A program made the translations under genes and the position numbers. Source: Octopus bimaculoides (lineage: Eukaryota). Taken from it: a DNA stretch of 64,000 bases. Below, in pieces: positions 23,742-37,516 of the stretch. The notes under the pieces were generated by a model. That model saw only the letters and a program-made list of their open reading frames with translations. It ran no database searches and was not told the DNA's origin. The first letter of the stretch is position 1; each line of letters begins with the position of its first letter. The stretch covers positions 36,764,259 through 36,828,258 of the forward strand of contig NC_068993.1 of assembly GCF_001194135.2 (NCBI RefSeq), read 5' to 3'.

Positions 23742-26700
23742 GGTTTAGTACTAAACATGGTAAGACAGCACAGTAAGGATGCTCATAGGAAAACAGGCAG
23801 AGAAACAAAATAGGGGTGACACAAAGATATTAAGTGAGGTAGAAACAGTTTTAATAGTTGGCAGAAGAAATGGTGAAGACAAAACATTATGGTGGATCAG
23901 TGATAAAGAGAGAGACAAAGAAAGAGAAAATGTATGCATGTACACACAACTGTTTCCTCCTCCATTTCCTTTCAACACTGCAACTATTTAGAGAAGTATT
24001 TCCCAGCCTGGCATGACATCTAGCTTGCAGCCATTCTCAAAGACACTGACATACATTATATAATGGCTGGCAGCAGACCAAATACCAATAAAGGCCAAAA
24101 TCTTCTCATGCAATAAAACAAAGACTTTCACAAAGTAATGCAAACATTTCCTATGATATTTATTACAATAATCACAAAAATATTTTCATCTTGTCACTGA
24201 GTGTCATTGTGATAAGAAAGCTTTTTGGGGTTTCTTTTTTTTATGTAATTTCACCGAATATTTGTTGATGAGAGAGAGAGTAATCTTTGCGCATTTAAAA
24301 TTCCATGGCTTACACTTTGAAGGAAAAGAATGTACAGGAAAGGTCATGATAAGTGAATGCTTCCCATCTCCATTAAAGCAACTATGTACAGTAGAAAACA
24401 CTTAGGAGAACTGATTGATAATTTCAGCTATCTAGAAGAGATAATATGTATATATGAAAAAAATATGAATAAATAAAATCTGAGGCACTGCTTCCTTCGA
24501 GAGAGAGAGGGGGGGGAGTATAATGAGATATATAACTGAGATTTTGGTGGCAAAGGGGCACCAGTTCCCTTATGGTAGTTAATTATGTCATAAAACATGA
24601 CCAAAAGAATAGATGATACTTGAAGATTTAATGAAAGAAAAAAAATAAATGAAGACAGCATTTTGGTTTTTGAAAGAAGTCATTCAAATCCTTACATAAA
24701 AATCAATCTGGGAATTACTACAAAAAAAAAAAAAGGTTAATTCTAGAAACAAAGATGTCCCAAAGCTTCATAAAATTGGTCGTGTTTACTATGAAAGAAG
24801 GAATATGTAGGAACTAAACCAATCCGAATATTCAGGGACAGGCTACAATAGAATAGCAGAGAGAGAGAGAAAATGAATGTGTGCATGTGCTGGAAGTATG
24901 GAGACAATATTCCTTATTTAGAGAAATATTGGGCCAAATCTAAAGAAACAGTATTTTGTGTCAGGTGACATTAAAGAGGTCTACAATTAAAGTTCCTTAT
25001 ATCCAAGTCCAGTAAAATAGATTGGCCTTAAAATATAGGAAGTGAGGTGACTGAAATAATAGAGCTAATATAAAGACATACTTTTAGCTGTTCAGTAACA
25101 AGTCTTTACATTCTGAGTTCAAACCCTACATAAGTTGACCTTGCCTTCCAATCTTATGGTTTTTACAAAATAAGAATCAGACCAGTGTTAAGTACCAAGG
25201 TCATTAATTAAATCCACTCCACACAGATACCACCCAAATTCTGTGGGGAAATAAATATTTTTACTTTATATCATAATAAGGTTATGTTTAAGACTTTGTG
25301 GCTATGTGTATCTTTGCCCATGGGTCATTTAAGATATTTTAGTATCGCATCAATCCAAAACATCACAGCTGAAACATCTGGATTAGACTACAATATAAAG
25401 CGAGTGATAACTTTTATAAGTCTAATGGCAGTACTGAAAATGAATAGGTCAACTTAGAATATTAAGTAGACAGGTTATTAATAAACAGTGGTGGGGACAA
25501 AATGATTGACTGAGAAGGTAAATTAAAAAGTTTAATCCATTACAATTTTAAGAGATCTTCACTCAACAGTATTACTTTAATGCTTTTGATACGGTCTCTC
25601 ATACAAAGCTTCATTAGCATTCAGATTTCTCTATCAAATGTAATATTTATTTATTAACATTATTTTAGAATTAATCATACATTGTCTCTCAGATTTCAAT
25701 GATGCAATTGTTTATTTTCAGAATGACATTGGAGGGTATGAGTGAGATACCTAATCTGGTCAGTTTGAATGTGAAACAAGTAGAATATTTGGGCCTGATA
25801 TGGCTAATTTGAATACTATAAAGTCTCTATTGAAATTAATACTATAATACTTGAATACTATGAAGTCTATATTGAAATTAAAACCTTCCATCATTGAAAC
25901 TTGTTAAACTACTTTCCATACAAAATGTAAAAATTCATCAAATAATCTACTTCATAGGCAAGAACTAAACAACAAACTTGAATAAAAAAACGTGCACTAA
26001 ACCAAAGAAGAATCACCTCTGCAGTCATTTTTACTAAATCCCTCCAAATTTAAAATTTTAAAATTAACTGAAATATACAGTGCATTTTGTAAGAAATATA
26101 GTCAGGAAACTATTAGTAACAAAAATAAAACTACCAAAACATTCTAAATGAATTCTCACTACAGCCCTTGGTATTCAGTCCTATCAGATTTAGTTGTAAC
26201 AGTGTCTCAGTGTGTTGAATACAGTAAATATTTTGGTTTACTGTTATTATTACCAACTCCCAAAAAACAAACGACCATAAACCATTTTTCTAGTTGTTAT
26301 TCTTATTAATTTACCAGTTCCAATTAGCTTTGAAGCAGGCAGACAATCACAAAAGTCAACAGTGTAGCTAATAGAACAACTATAATTACACAAACTAAAG
26401 TTGACTGTTCTGTCAGGTCCAACAGATAATACAAGAGCCCAGTTAACTTCCTAGCCATGGTTGTAATTCCAAAGTTTGGGAAATCAAATCTCAAAATGGA
26501 CAAAAACACTGAGAGAGAGGTTTAGTTATTGAATTAGCAGTTAAAGCAACTTACAGTGACATGCATTCTAATCTTTTTTTGGTAGCTGCTATTGATGATG
26601 GTGATGATGGTGATGATGATGACAACAGTGGTGATAATGCTTTGTTGAGTTCAAAACACTTTTTTTTTTTAAATCACAGCACTTTGCAAAATTAAACTTT

Positions 26701-26969
26701 AACTCCTAAATTAATTAATAGACCATAAATTAGCATAGATAATATCTTTGTTGTGTGGGTGCATTTTGGGAGACAGTACAATTTGGAATGCAAGAAAACT
26801 AGACGTAAATTCAACAATGACAGTCAAAGAAAGGCACAATGTAATAACAAGGACAAAGAACAGAGCTTCAGGAATTAGATGACACTACTGCAGAGCGTTT
26901 TAAGTAAAACAGAACAAAACAACCAGGCAACCTTTACAAAAATAATCACTCCATATATCTCTGTGTGCT

Positions 26970-27001
<32 letters not shown>

Positions 27002-27224
27002 AACAGTGGAAATTTATACAATAAAAATGATGCAGTTTAGAAATGGACTCTCCCAATACATGTTTACAGCAGCAAATATATAACAATCTTTGTATAAAAC
27101 AACAAATACTTAGAAGTAAAGATTCTATATACAATTAAATAGAAACAATTGTTTCATAATCTCCATTCTATGTAAGATAATGAAATGTGTCATCATAACT
27201 GACTATAAGTACAAGTGTGTGTAA

Positions 27225-27405
27225 TCGTCGTCGTTTAACGTCCGCTTTCCATGCTAGCATGGGTTGGACGATTTGACTGAGGACTGGTGAAACCAGATGG
27301 CTATACCAGGCTCCAATCCGATTTGGCAGAGTTTCTACAGCTGGATGCCCTTCCTAACGCCAACCACTGAGAGTGTAGTGGGTGCTTTTACGTGTCACCC
27401 GCACA
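27225..27405 (-). mobile_element. RTE-type 3' tail (young-looking, CpGs intact)
   Basis: cgtcgtcgtttaacgtccgctttccatgctagcatgggttggacg...ggatgcccttcctaacgccaaccac...gggtgcttttacgtg. Confidence 0.85.
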
Positions 27406-27582
27406 AAAGGAATAGATATTACCTCTTGGCATTGATACTGCCTCTGTCACTAACATATATATATTTTTTTAATTTTTTTAACATGATACATTGCCAGAAC
27501 CTCTAACTCTTTCAGTTTCAACAATCAGGAGTAAAACAACAACAACAAACAGGATTTCATGTCAACTGAATAGAAATTCACA

Positions 27583-27741
27583 TTATACACGAATCAATCG
27601 AACACATATTCCAGCTGCTGCGGCTGCTGGCTGCAAAAGTTTTGTTCCACAGTGCCATATATCTATATAAAGTGCTTCATAAAACCTGGAAATATCAACC
27701 TGAAGCCTGCTTTGACGAAGACAAATGTTTATTTTTGACTA
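27583..27741 (-). other. Candidate terminal exon (THOC2 or a downstream gene)
   Basis: About 125 nt AG-free pyrimidine-rich stretch ending ctcacaacag|tag, followed by UTR-like U/G-rich sequence. Phase-1 reading gives VKNKHLSSSKQASG* (stop 27695-27697). Confidence 0.4.
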
Positions 27742-29284
27742 CTGTTGTGAGTGGCAAGAAAGAGTTCAGATACAATTGACAATATATATGTATATTAGAG
27801 AGCAAGTGAGAAGTTTATATTTGAAACAGAGACACAACGAAACAAAAGAAAAAAACAAATAATTGTTTCTAATTTTGGCACAAGTTGAGCAATTTTGTGA
27901 GGAGACAAGGAAAGTCAATTGCATCTACTCTGTACTTCACTGGTACTTTATTTTATTGCACCCAGCACCACCATTGCCAAAAGATGATGTAAAAATTAAC
28001 AGAAATTCATCAAATAATCTACATCATAGCCAAGAACTGATCACAACAGACTTAAATAAAAAAAAACATGCACTAAGCCAAAGAGGAAGCTTCTCTGCAG
28101 TCACTCGACTTGCTAGAAATAGCAGCCGAATCAGCATCAACCTCTTAAAAAAGAAAAGCACACATTAGATAATGTATAGTCTACAATACTCCCTAAAAAA
28201 GACAGACTAGTTACTGCTGGAATATCTTATATGACTTTGGATTAGAAAGAATAGAAACGTATATGTGTGCACGTGTGTGAGTGAGTGAGTGACATTAGGA
28301 AAGGCATCTAGTCATAGAAACCAAGCCAAATTTAGGCTGGAACCTGGTGCAGCTCTCTGGCTTGTCAGTTCCAGTCAAAAGTGGACATATGATGATGATG
28401 ACAAAAAATCGAAATTAAAACTGAATCCTTCAAAATGGAAGCAACTGAGGAGGTAGACTGTAAACACTTTGGCATTTAAACTGGCCAGGTCCAGCCTCTC
28501 ACACCTACCCTACAATGTCATCCTAAAAATAAATAACCACACCATCGCAATCTTGAAGCTACAAGATAATGCCTGATTAATTTTTAAAATGCATGGTTAA
28601 TTCCTCTTCTATTATTACTCACCAACCTCTCTTTTTTTTCTTTTATTCTCTCAACTTTTTTTCTTTTATTCTCTCTCTAACACTGCCTTCAACAGAGACA
28701 ACATAATGCAGTGAGGACTCTATAACATTGCACAGAGAGGAATGGAAGGGATAACTAATAAAGTGCCACTAAAAAAAACTGCACCTTATACATTCAGTAA
28801 GATGAGTGGTCATCAAATGGAAACAATGTTGAGAGGACTCTTTAGTCTTATCCAGGAAATGGCAACCTCTTTAATGCTGGTGCCATAATTAAAACATACC
28901 TAATACACTCAGTAAAGTGGTTGGTTATATGAAGGGGACAGAGTTGTAGAAACCATGCTGAAAATGGAACATATGAACAGGATGTAGTTACTGACTTATC
29001 TACAAGGGCAGTAACTCCAAATGTGAATTAACTGACCATGAAAACCAGACTAACCCATAACAACATGGTATGCAAACATATAATAATGATGGTAATAAGT
29101 TTTACTGCATCAATGGAGACTAGATCTTTAGATAGATTTACACCACATTATTAGCAAGTAAACTGTTCACTTTTCTCTCCCAACTCTAAGTGAAGGGTAA
29201 GAACATGTACTTTTTTAAAGCAATAATATGAAGAAGACTGTTACCAATTATTCAATTAACTATCTGCAGATACTAATTAGGTAA

Positions 29285-29486
29285 CCTTTTAGCATTTAAA
29301 CTGACCATTCCAACCCAAATATTCTATTTGTTTCGTCACATCCAGCCTTTCACATCTACCCTATAATGTCATTCTAAAATAATCAAATCATTGAAATTTT
29401 GAAGCTACAAGATAATGTCTAATTAATTCAAAATACTGTGAAGAAACAAACATTCCATTTGACAGAGTAATCTGAATGCTAAAGAG
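29285..29486. mobile_element. piggyBac-like MITE
   Basis: taa|ccttttagcattt ... gaatgctaaagag|ttaa. Confidence 0.7.
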
Positions 29487-30419
29487 TTAAAGCTTTAATC
29501 AAAACTATGGACAATATAGCTTAAGTAAAAGTGCAAGTTATATCATTTACTGGATCGGCATTTTACCGAGGGTACAATCTTGCTTTATAGCAAACAAGAG
29601 GCATGAGCAGTCAAATCACTCACAAATCACACCAGTGAAACTCCAAAACAGAATAGTCTCAGATGGAGTGTCTTTAGTCAGGGGTCTGTTCAATCAGGGT
29701 TGACCAGGGACATCAAAACTGCAGGAATACAAAGTTAAAACCATGAATTGACTTCTCCACAACTTAAATCTAAAAAATTAAAAAAAAAAAACATTACTTA
29801 TATTTAAATCAAATACATTATCCAGACCCTTTATGTTTGTAAAGTAATGAGTTGTGACTTCTCTAACTGAATAAATAACTTTTGTGGTTATAATTAAAAA
29901 GAAAGTAAAACCAACTTAAGAATGAAAAAACCAATTAACAATGAATATGACAAGATTTGACAAACAGGAGGTTTGAAGATAATGTCCATATCTATGATAA
30001 TATTGTCACAGTATGTGTTTGAGTGTTAAGCATAACTGTGCAACGAAACTGAAGTGGTTGGCATTAGGAAGGGCATCCAGCTGTAGAAACCAAGTCAAAA
30101 CAGGCCTGTGCCTGGTACAGGTCTCCAACTTGCCAGCATGAAAACAGATGCTAAATGATGACAATGATGATGAATCAATATAACAAAGATCTAAGATTGT
30201 TTGTAAAAACATAGAATTTCCAAACGTACCCTGCCCTCATATTAGTAATAATTATGTATGATGTGTTTGTCAAGAAAGCATAGTGTGTGTGTGGTCATGT
30301 GCATGTGTGTGTATGCCTGTCTATACAACCTATTTACTTACTAATCTACATACCTACCTACCTACCTGTGTACTGGATTAGGAAAGGATAAAGCATCCTC
30401 CCTGAGCTATATGGATTCA

Positions 30420-30770
30420 TAAGTGCCAGTCTCAGTTTCCATGGCCTATATATATATTTACCCACCAAATGGGAATGTCAGTCTGTCATAGGATTACTCA
30501 TTTTTGTCAGCTGAGTGGACTGGAGCAATATGAAATGAGGTGTTTTGCTCAAGAACAAGTGCTGCTTGGTCTAGGAATTGAAACAACAATCTTATGATCA
30601 GAAGTTCAACATGCTAACCACTAGGCCACATGCCTCCACTCAGTGTATTGGAGCAATGATGTGGAATCAAGTGTTTTGCTGAAGAACATAACATGCTACC
30701 TGGTTTAGGAATTGAAACCTCAGTCTTGCAATTGCGAGTGTAACACAGCAGCCTAACCACTAGGTCATGC
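30420..30770 (-). mobile_element. Two adjacent tRNA-derived SINE copies
   Basis: Twice repeated ttttgct.aagaac..a..gct..ctggt.taggaattgaaac....tctt....ctaaccactagg.ca; same family as 9565-9771. Confidence 0.7.
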
Positions 30771-31469
30771 ATTTTCATTAAATGAAAAACACTTGAATAG
30801 AAAGAAAGAAAAAAAATCTAGTTTTAAACTAACAAAAATTACATTCTATAGAACTGAAAAATATTTAAATGTTATTTGCTGTTACCTGGAGATGTCCAGC
30901 AAAAATTCATTATGTTGAAACAGCAAAACACAAAATTAATAAAAGCAATTCTTTTATGGAATGAATATAAATATTAATATACATTTGAAATGTCATTATC
31001 ATCATCTATTTAGTATGCATAAATGTGTGTCTTTGTTTGTCCCCCATCACCACTTGACAACTGGTGCTGGTGTGATTACCATAGAACAAGTACCAGGTTT
31101 AAAAAAAAAGAAGAAAAAAGGTACTGGGGTAGACTCATTCGATTGAAAATCAAGGCAGTGCCTCAGCATGGCCGAAGTCTAAGGACTGAAACAAGTAGAA
31201 GATCTATAAACAACATACAAACAATTATTTTATTAATAATTATCGATAAACAATTAATAATTATTTATATATGTTGACACAAACCCACCTATTCGTAGGG
31301 GAAGGGTATTATTGAATTAATTAATACATATTCAGGATTATATTTGATGGACCCATGAGGAAAGTCTGCATTGGCAGTATTTGAAATTGGAATATAGAGT
31401 AAAAAATCTAAAAATAAATAATTAAAGTCGGGTAGTTTAGAGCTATAATATTTCTGCTAATTAATTTTG

Positions 31470-31650
31470 GCATGTAAAAGCACCCACTACACTCTCAGAG
31501 TGGTTGGCATTAGGAAGGGCATCCAGCTGTAGAAACTATGCCAAATCAGATTGGAGCCTGGTGTAGCCATCTGGTTCACCAGTCCTCAGTCAAATCGTCC
31601 AACCCATGCTAACATGGAAAGCGGATGTTAAACGATGATGATGATGATGA
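31470..31650 (+). mobile_element. RTE-type 3' tail
   Basis: gtaaaagcacccactacactctc...ggaaagcggatgttaaac(gat)n. Confidence 0.85.
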
Positions 31651-31679
31651 TATATATATATATATATATATATCATCAA

Positions 31680-32050
31680 CATCAATGCCATTATGTAGTG
31701 TCTGTTGTCCATGCTAGCATGGGTTAGATAGTTTGACTGAAACTGGTAAGCTGCACCAGGTTCCAATCTAATTTAGCATGGTTTCTATGGCTGGTTGCCC
31801 TTCCTAACGTTAATCACTGCAAGAGTGTAATGGGTGCTTTTTATGTGCCACCGGCACGGGTGCCAGTTACATGATACCAGCATCAACCACAACTATGATT
31901 TCACTTGGCTTGACAAGTTTTCTGAAGCACAGTATATCCCCAAAGGTGTCAGTCTCTTATCACCTCCATGAGGCCCAAAATGTCAAAGGTGCTTTTTACA
32001 TGCCACCAGCACAGGTGCCTGTTACATGTCACCAGCATTGGCCACAACCA
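31680..32050 (-). mobile_element. RTE-type 3' tail, inverted against the previous copy
   Basis: gtccatgctagcatgggttag...ggttgcccttcctaacg...gggtgctttttatgtgcc, plus further 3' UTR sequence. Confidence 0.75.
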
Positions 32051-32249
32051 TGATGATTAGAAAGGTGGTTTTGGAATGTATCACTAACAATGCACATGAA
32101 TGTGTACACTCAGGCATACATGTAGACAAATTTCAAACATGGGGCCTGGAAAAATTGTAGTGAAGTGTAGGATCCAAAATACTTTTCTACTCTAGGTAGA
32201 AGGCCCCAATTTTTTTTTTTGGGGGGNNNNNNNNNNNNNNNNNNNNNNN

Positions 32250-32425
32250 GGGGGGGGGCAGTCGATTAGATCGACCCCAGTATGCAATTGGTACTTAATT
32301 TATCAACCCTGAAAGGATCAAAGGTAAAGTTGACCTTGGCGGAATTGGAACTCAGAATGTAAAGACAGACGGAATACCGCTGAGCATTTCGCCCGGTGTG
32401 CTAACGTTTCTGCCAGCTCGTCACC
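32250..32425 (-). mobile_element. SINE, same family as 1-1146
   Basis: gcagtcgattagatcgaccccag..ggtacttaatttatcaaccc..gaactcagaatgtaaagacagacggaataccgctgagcatttcgccc..ttctgccagctcg. Confidence 0.85.
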
Positions 32426-33119
32426 TTTCACAGCAAACATACTACACCTATACTCAGCCTAGCCAAGCCAATCCCTCCAGTGAAGCAGACTATGTGAAGA
32501 CTGTTTGTTATGGTATCGCCTAGTGTGGATATTTCTTTGAAGAAAGTACATAATTCTGAGAAGTCGATAAATTATTTATCTTTTTATATATGCCACTGGT
32601 AGAGTACACATTTTTCTGGAAAGTTATAGTGGGGACCAAAGGAAAATAGGTTATAAAACACAGGTTCAGACACTAATACACATATGTATGCACACAGACA
32701 TACAGCTGTCCAGAAATAAATCAGGTCTTTTTTTTTTTTCCATTATATGTCACTTTGTTTGACTTACTCATCTCTGTAAACTATATGTGACTCTTTATAC
32801 ATGTGTATGCATGAGCATATAAGTGCACTTACGCTTGTGTGTATTTAAAATGACAAATGTCTAATATCTCTCTTTATATTGTGTCTGATGTATTGACTTC
32901 AATGCACACACACGCAATGGAAGCTACTTCTTACAATCACAGATAATGTTATAAAAACTGGTGATTTCCAAATTCTTTCTTCACTTAATGTTATCAGCCC
33001 ATTGTTATTACTGAAACGGCCTTGACCCAAAGTAATCATAGTGATTTTCACTGTATGCAGGCATGCATGTGTACTTTATATTATTTTTTTTAGATACATA
33101 ATAAATAACGTTTTCGTGC

Positions 33120-33362
33120 AGGTGACACGTAAAAACACCATTTGAGAGCGGCTGTTGCCAGTACCACCTAACTGGCCCTCATGCCGGTGGCACGTAAAAG
33201 CACCCACTACACTCTCGGAGTGGTTGGCGTTAGGAAGGGCATCTATCTGTAGAAACTCTGCCAGATCAGATTGGAGCCTGGTGCAGCCATCTGGCTCACC
33301 AGTCCCCAATCAAACCGTCCAACCCATGGAAAGCGGACATTAAATGATGATGATGATGATGA
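33120..33362 (+). mobile_element. RTE-type 3' tail
   Basis: gccggtggcacgtaaaagcacccactacactctcggagtggttggcgttaggaagggc...(gat)n. Confidence 0.85.
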
Positions 33363-34209
33363 TTACAGGCACAATTTGGCAGGGGGTGGGGTCAATTACA
33401 CTAATCCCAATGCTCAATTAGTACTTATTTTATTGACAGCAAAATCAATCTTAGTAGAAATTGAACTCAGATTTTAAAGCTAGGAAAGTTCCTAAGCATG
33501 TTTCCTAATGCATTAACCATTCTGCCACTTTGCCAACAACAATTTCTAAAAAATAAGCACAAAGGCACAAATTTTAAGAGGATGGTATAGTGATTGAAGA
33601 CTGATTCCAATACATGACTGGTGCTTATTTCAACTAAAAAAAAAATTAATTAAAAGTTCATTTCTAAAAACAGAAAACAAAAATATAGCAATGAAAAAAT
33701 ACTAATGGGAGACGTTAGATTATTGAGAAGAAAACAAAGTTACGTTTACAATAAGGTTATTTTTCATAAATTCTTTCAACTGATTTTTTTCTTTTTTAAA
33801 AAGCTTTTGTTATTAACTGAAATACTTTGTTCAGGTCATTACAGTGGTACTGGTTAGCAGCAAAAGTCAAAGGATGAAAAAAAACCAGTCTTTCCAAATA
33901 ACATTCTACCTGTAGACATAACTGAGAGAACATTTTATAGGAAACACTGCATTCATCAGGTTGGTAGAAACTATTCTACAAAAAGGTAAAGCAGGCATTT
34001 ATTTAAAATTATGTAAATATATCTGATTTAAATTTAGAATTGACAAAATAAATAGCAGTAAAATAGTGAAGCTGAATTAAGTGTTCATCTACCCTAGAAT
34101 ATATAGGCTTTATGCCTTCTGAGAGAATAAATAGCAGTGAAATTGACTGTTCCTCTAACCTACAAAGTATTGGTTTCATACCCAATAAAACTCTATCAAT
34201 CTAATGGTA

Positions 34210-34899
34210 TCTATAATAATAATAAGTTTATGTGTTTGTGAATTTGTTACTTTTACTCTTCCGAGACTATTCAACAGACCTTGATAAAACTTGACGTGTG
34301 GGGGGCTAATGCCTATGCAGTCATTTATGCACTTGGAATTTTTTTTTAAATCGATTTTTAATCAGCATCGATTTTTCAAAAACCTTAAAATTTCAGTATT
34401 TTCACACTAGCCATCGTGACATCAATTTGATGAAAAATGCTGAAATTTGACGAATAATGTTTCATGGCTATCAACAGACATCTTATTAATGGTAATCTAT
34501 TTAACATTTGCTAATTCTGCATTTCAGTGTTAATTGTTTTTATTTGCTAAAACTTATTATTTCAATTCATTGTTTTAATTCCACAGTGTTTCAAGTTTTG
34601 ATTAGGTAAGACCATTTTATTTCTCAAGTAAAATTTAGGCATTTTGCATACCAGCCATCGTGACATCAATTTGACAAAATCTGCTCCAAAGCGTAAAATT
34701 CTGCCATTTTACGCATATCCACAAAAATGAAAATGACATGGGTTCACTACCAGACTCTGCTCATTTTTTCATCAGATTGGTCCTACCCATTAATATAGAT
34801 TTTAATTTTCTGAAATATGTCGAAATTTGATGAAAAATGTTTCACGGCTATAAACAGACATCTTATTAATGGTATTTTTTTACTGGGTACCTCAGCTAG
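34210..34899 (+). mobile_element. Short non-autonomous Helitron-type element
   Basis: Starts A|TCTATAATAAT, ends CTAG|T after a small ctgggtacctcag hairpin, with no TSD. Internal repeats gccatcgtgacatcaatttga (34410, 34654) and aacagacatcttattaatggta (twice). Confidence 0.6.
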
Positions 34900-35589
34900 T
34901 GATTAAANNNNNNNNNNNNNNNNNNNNNNNNNNNNNNNNNNNNNNNNNNNNNNNNNNNNNNNNNNNNNNNNNNNNNNNNNNNNNNNNNNNNNNNNNNNNN
35001 NNNNNNNNNNNNNNNNNNNNNNNNNNNNNNNNNNNNNNNNNNNNNNNNNNNNNNNNNNNNNNNNNNNNNNNNNNNNNNNNNNNNNNNNNNNNNNNNNNNN
35101 NNNNNNNNNNNNNNNNNNNNNNNNNNNNNNNNNNNNNNNNNNNNNNNNNNNNNNNNNNNNNNNNNNNNNNNNNNNNNNNNNNNNNNNNNNNNNNNNNNNN
35201 NNNNNNNNNNNNNNNNNNNNNNNNNNNNNNNNNNNNNNNNNNNNNNNNNNNNNNNNNNNNNNNNNNNNNNNNNNNNNNNNNNNNNNNNNNNNNNNNNNNN
35301 NNNNNNNNNNNNNNNNNNNNNNNNNNNNNNNNNNNNNNNNNNNNNNNNNNNNNNNNNNNNNNNNNNNNNNNNNNNNNNNNNNNNNNNNNNNNNNNNNNNN
35401 NNNNNNNNNNNNNNNNNNNNNNNNNNNNNNNNNNNNNNNNNNNNNNNNNNNNNNNNNNNNNNNNNNNNNNNNNNNNNNNNNNNNNNNNNNNNNNNNNNNN
35501 NNNNNNNNNNNNNNNNNNNNNNNNNNNNNNNNNNNNNNNNNNNNNNNNNNNNNNNNNNNNNNNNNNNNNNNNTATATATATATATATAT

Positions 35590-35720
35590 ATATGATGGTT
35601 TTCTATCAGTTTCCATCTACCAAATCCACTCACAAGGCTTTAGTCAGCCCAAAGCTTGAGTAGAAGACACTTGCCCAAGGTGCCATGCAGTGGGACTGAA
35701 CTCAGAACCATGTGGTTGGG
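35590..35720 (-). mobile_element. tRNA-derived SINE head
   Basis: tcagtttccatctaccaaatccactcacaaggc..gaagacacttgcccaaggtgccatgcagtgggactgaac. Confidence 0.8.
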
Positions 35721-37295
35721 TGCCCTCCAAGTTCATTATTATTTTACAACTTGGTTCAAATAAAAAGCTCAACAAACATATTTAGTTGTCGTTCTGTTAT
35801 TTCTTTGTTCCTGTACATCCAAGCTGCACCTAATGATTGTCAAAGATTATAGTCTACAATGTATAACAACAACATTAAAAGCTAGATCATGTTTCTGCTT
35901 TGAAGTAATCAACAGCTCTTATCTTCTAGAAGTGATCTGAGAGGTGGATGTAATCCAAAATTTTTCATGCACCAATTTCTCAACAAATAAAAGGTCTGTT
36001 TTGAAACAAGTGAACACCTGGCATTTCATCAACACACTCCAAAATAACTTAATTCTTTAGAAATAGTAAACAACAGCCAGGCATTTGGCTGTCCAAAATA
36101 CTACTGATATTGTGAATTAGTCAATATATTTAACAAAACCGAATCATAAGTTTATGAATCATCAGAACTGATGCATTTTGGAAGCTGAGAAAAATAAAAG
36201 ATCAAAGAATTTGGGGGAACTTTTGTTTTCCAAAATGGAGTATTGTTTCTACATCTATGATGGCACCTGTTCTATTTAATCAGAGAAGTAGAGCTAGTAA
36301 TGGTACACAAACTAACTCTTGCCAGGGTTTTCTTGTGTAGTTAGCTGACCAATGTCTTAATAGTAAGATATGAGTGGTACCTAAACAGATTCCTAGTTCT
36401 TTTTTACATAAATTACTAAGATGGTAGTTCTAGTAGAGGTGGAAATAAATTGGTTTCATGTAGAAGTGAAGTTAAAAGGATAACTAAAGCAGTCGAGCAA
36501 ACACCTCAGGAGCAAGTAAAAGCAATGCTGTCTTTACTCAGTTGCCCTTCACATCAAAGTTTAATATGGTTACTAGATTTTGGTAGTTCCAAGTTGTAAT
36601 GATTCACAAGAACTGACTGGATGGGAGTATTAATATTGATATGAAATTAGAAGACCATATGGTTTTTTCAGTGACACAATGTGAAAATAGTATGATAGAA
36701 AGGAGCATAAAAATCTAAGAAACAGGCTCGGTAAGACTGAGGAAAAGAGAGGAGTAAGGTAAAGTGTGAGCTTACTAGAAGAAGTGACAGATGTCAGGGG
36801 TATGTAACATGGAGGAAAAACAAAAGCAAGAGGTTTGCCAATGTTTTATGGGAAGAGGATCAGAGGCATGGGATGTTCCATATTGCAAAGTAACGTGCCA
36901 GTGTGAACCAAGGCATTAGTTGTGGAAAGAGTGATTTGTTCAACTAAACACTTCATAGCGGAGCCCCAGCAAGGCCACAGTTCTATGACTGAAACAAGTG
37001 AAAGAAGATAAAAAAGAACATGTTGGAGAAGACGTGTCCAATTTATGCAAACATAAACATGGATGTATGCTGTATGACAATGACAGTGATTAATAAATCT
37101 GAAAGGACTGCAAGCTATGTAATGTCTGTACAGCAACATAAATATAACTAGTTACCTTGAAAATGTACTTATTTGAAGACTGAAGCCATTTTAAGTTTAT
37201 AAATCTTAAGAAGTCTCTGTAGGAAAATCCAAGCCACCAACCCAAGCAATAAGCTGACGTCCAATTAATTCAACCAGCTAGGAATAATGATATAA

Positions 37296-37516
37296 CCCTT
37301 TAGCATTTAAACTGGTTATATCTGGACCAATATAGTCTACCTGTTTTATGTCCAAACTGGTCAGATCTGACCTCTCACACCTACCTAACTATGTCAATGT
37401 AAAAATAAGCAATCACATCATCAAAATCTCAAAGCTGTGAGATAATGCATGATTAATTCAAAACAATGCAAATAAATAAGCATTACATTTGACAGAGTAA
37501 TCTGAATGCTACAGGG
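37296..37516. mobile_element. piggyBac-like MITE
   Basis: ataa|CCCTTTAGCATTT...AATGCTACAGGG|TTAA. Confidence 0.8.

Noticed and set aside
28615-28690. Strong gtgagt donor after a GA-rich minus-strand stretch
   Set aside because: All three frames contain stops and there is no convincing acceptor.
36200-36760. Possible ancient LINE RT remnant (also 21640-21960)
   Set aside because: Only faint motif resemblance across many stops and frameshifts; not supportable without an HMM search.
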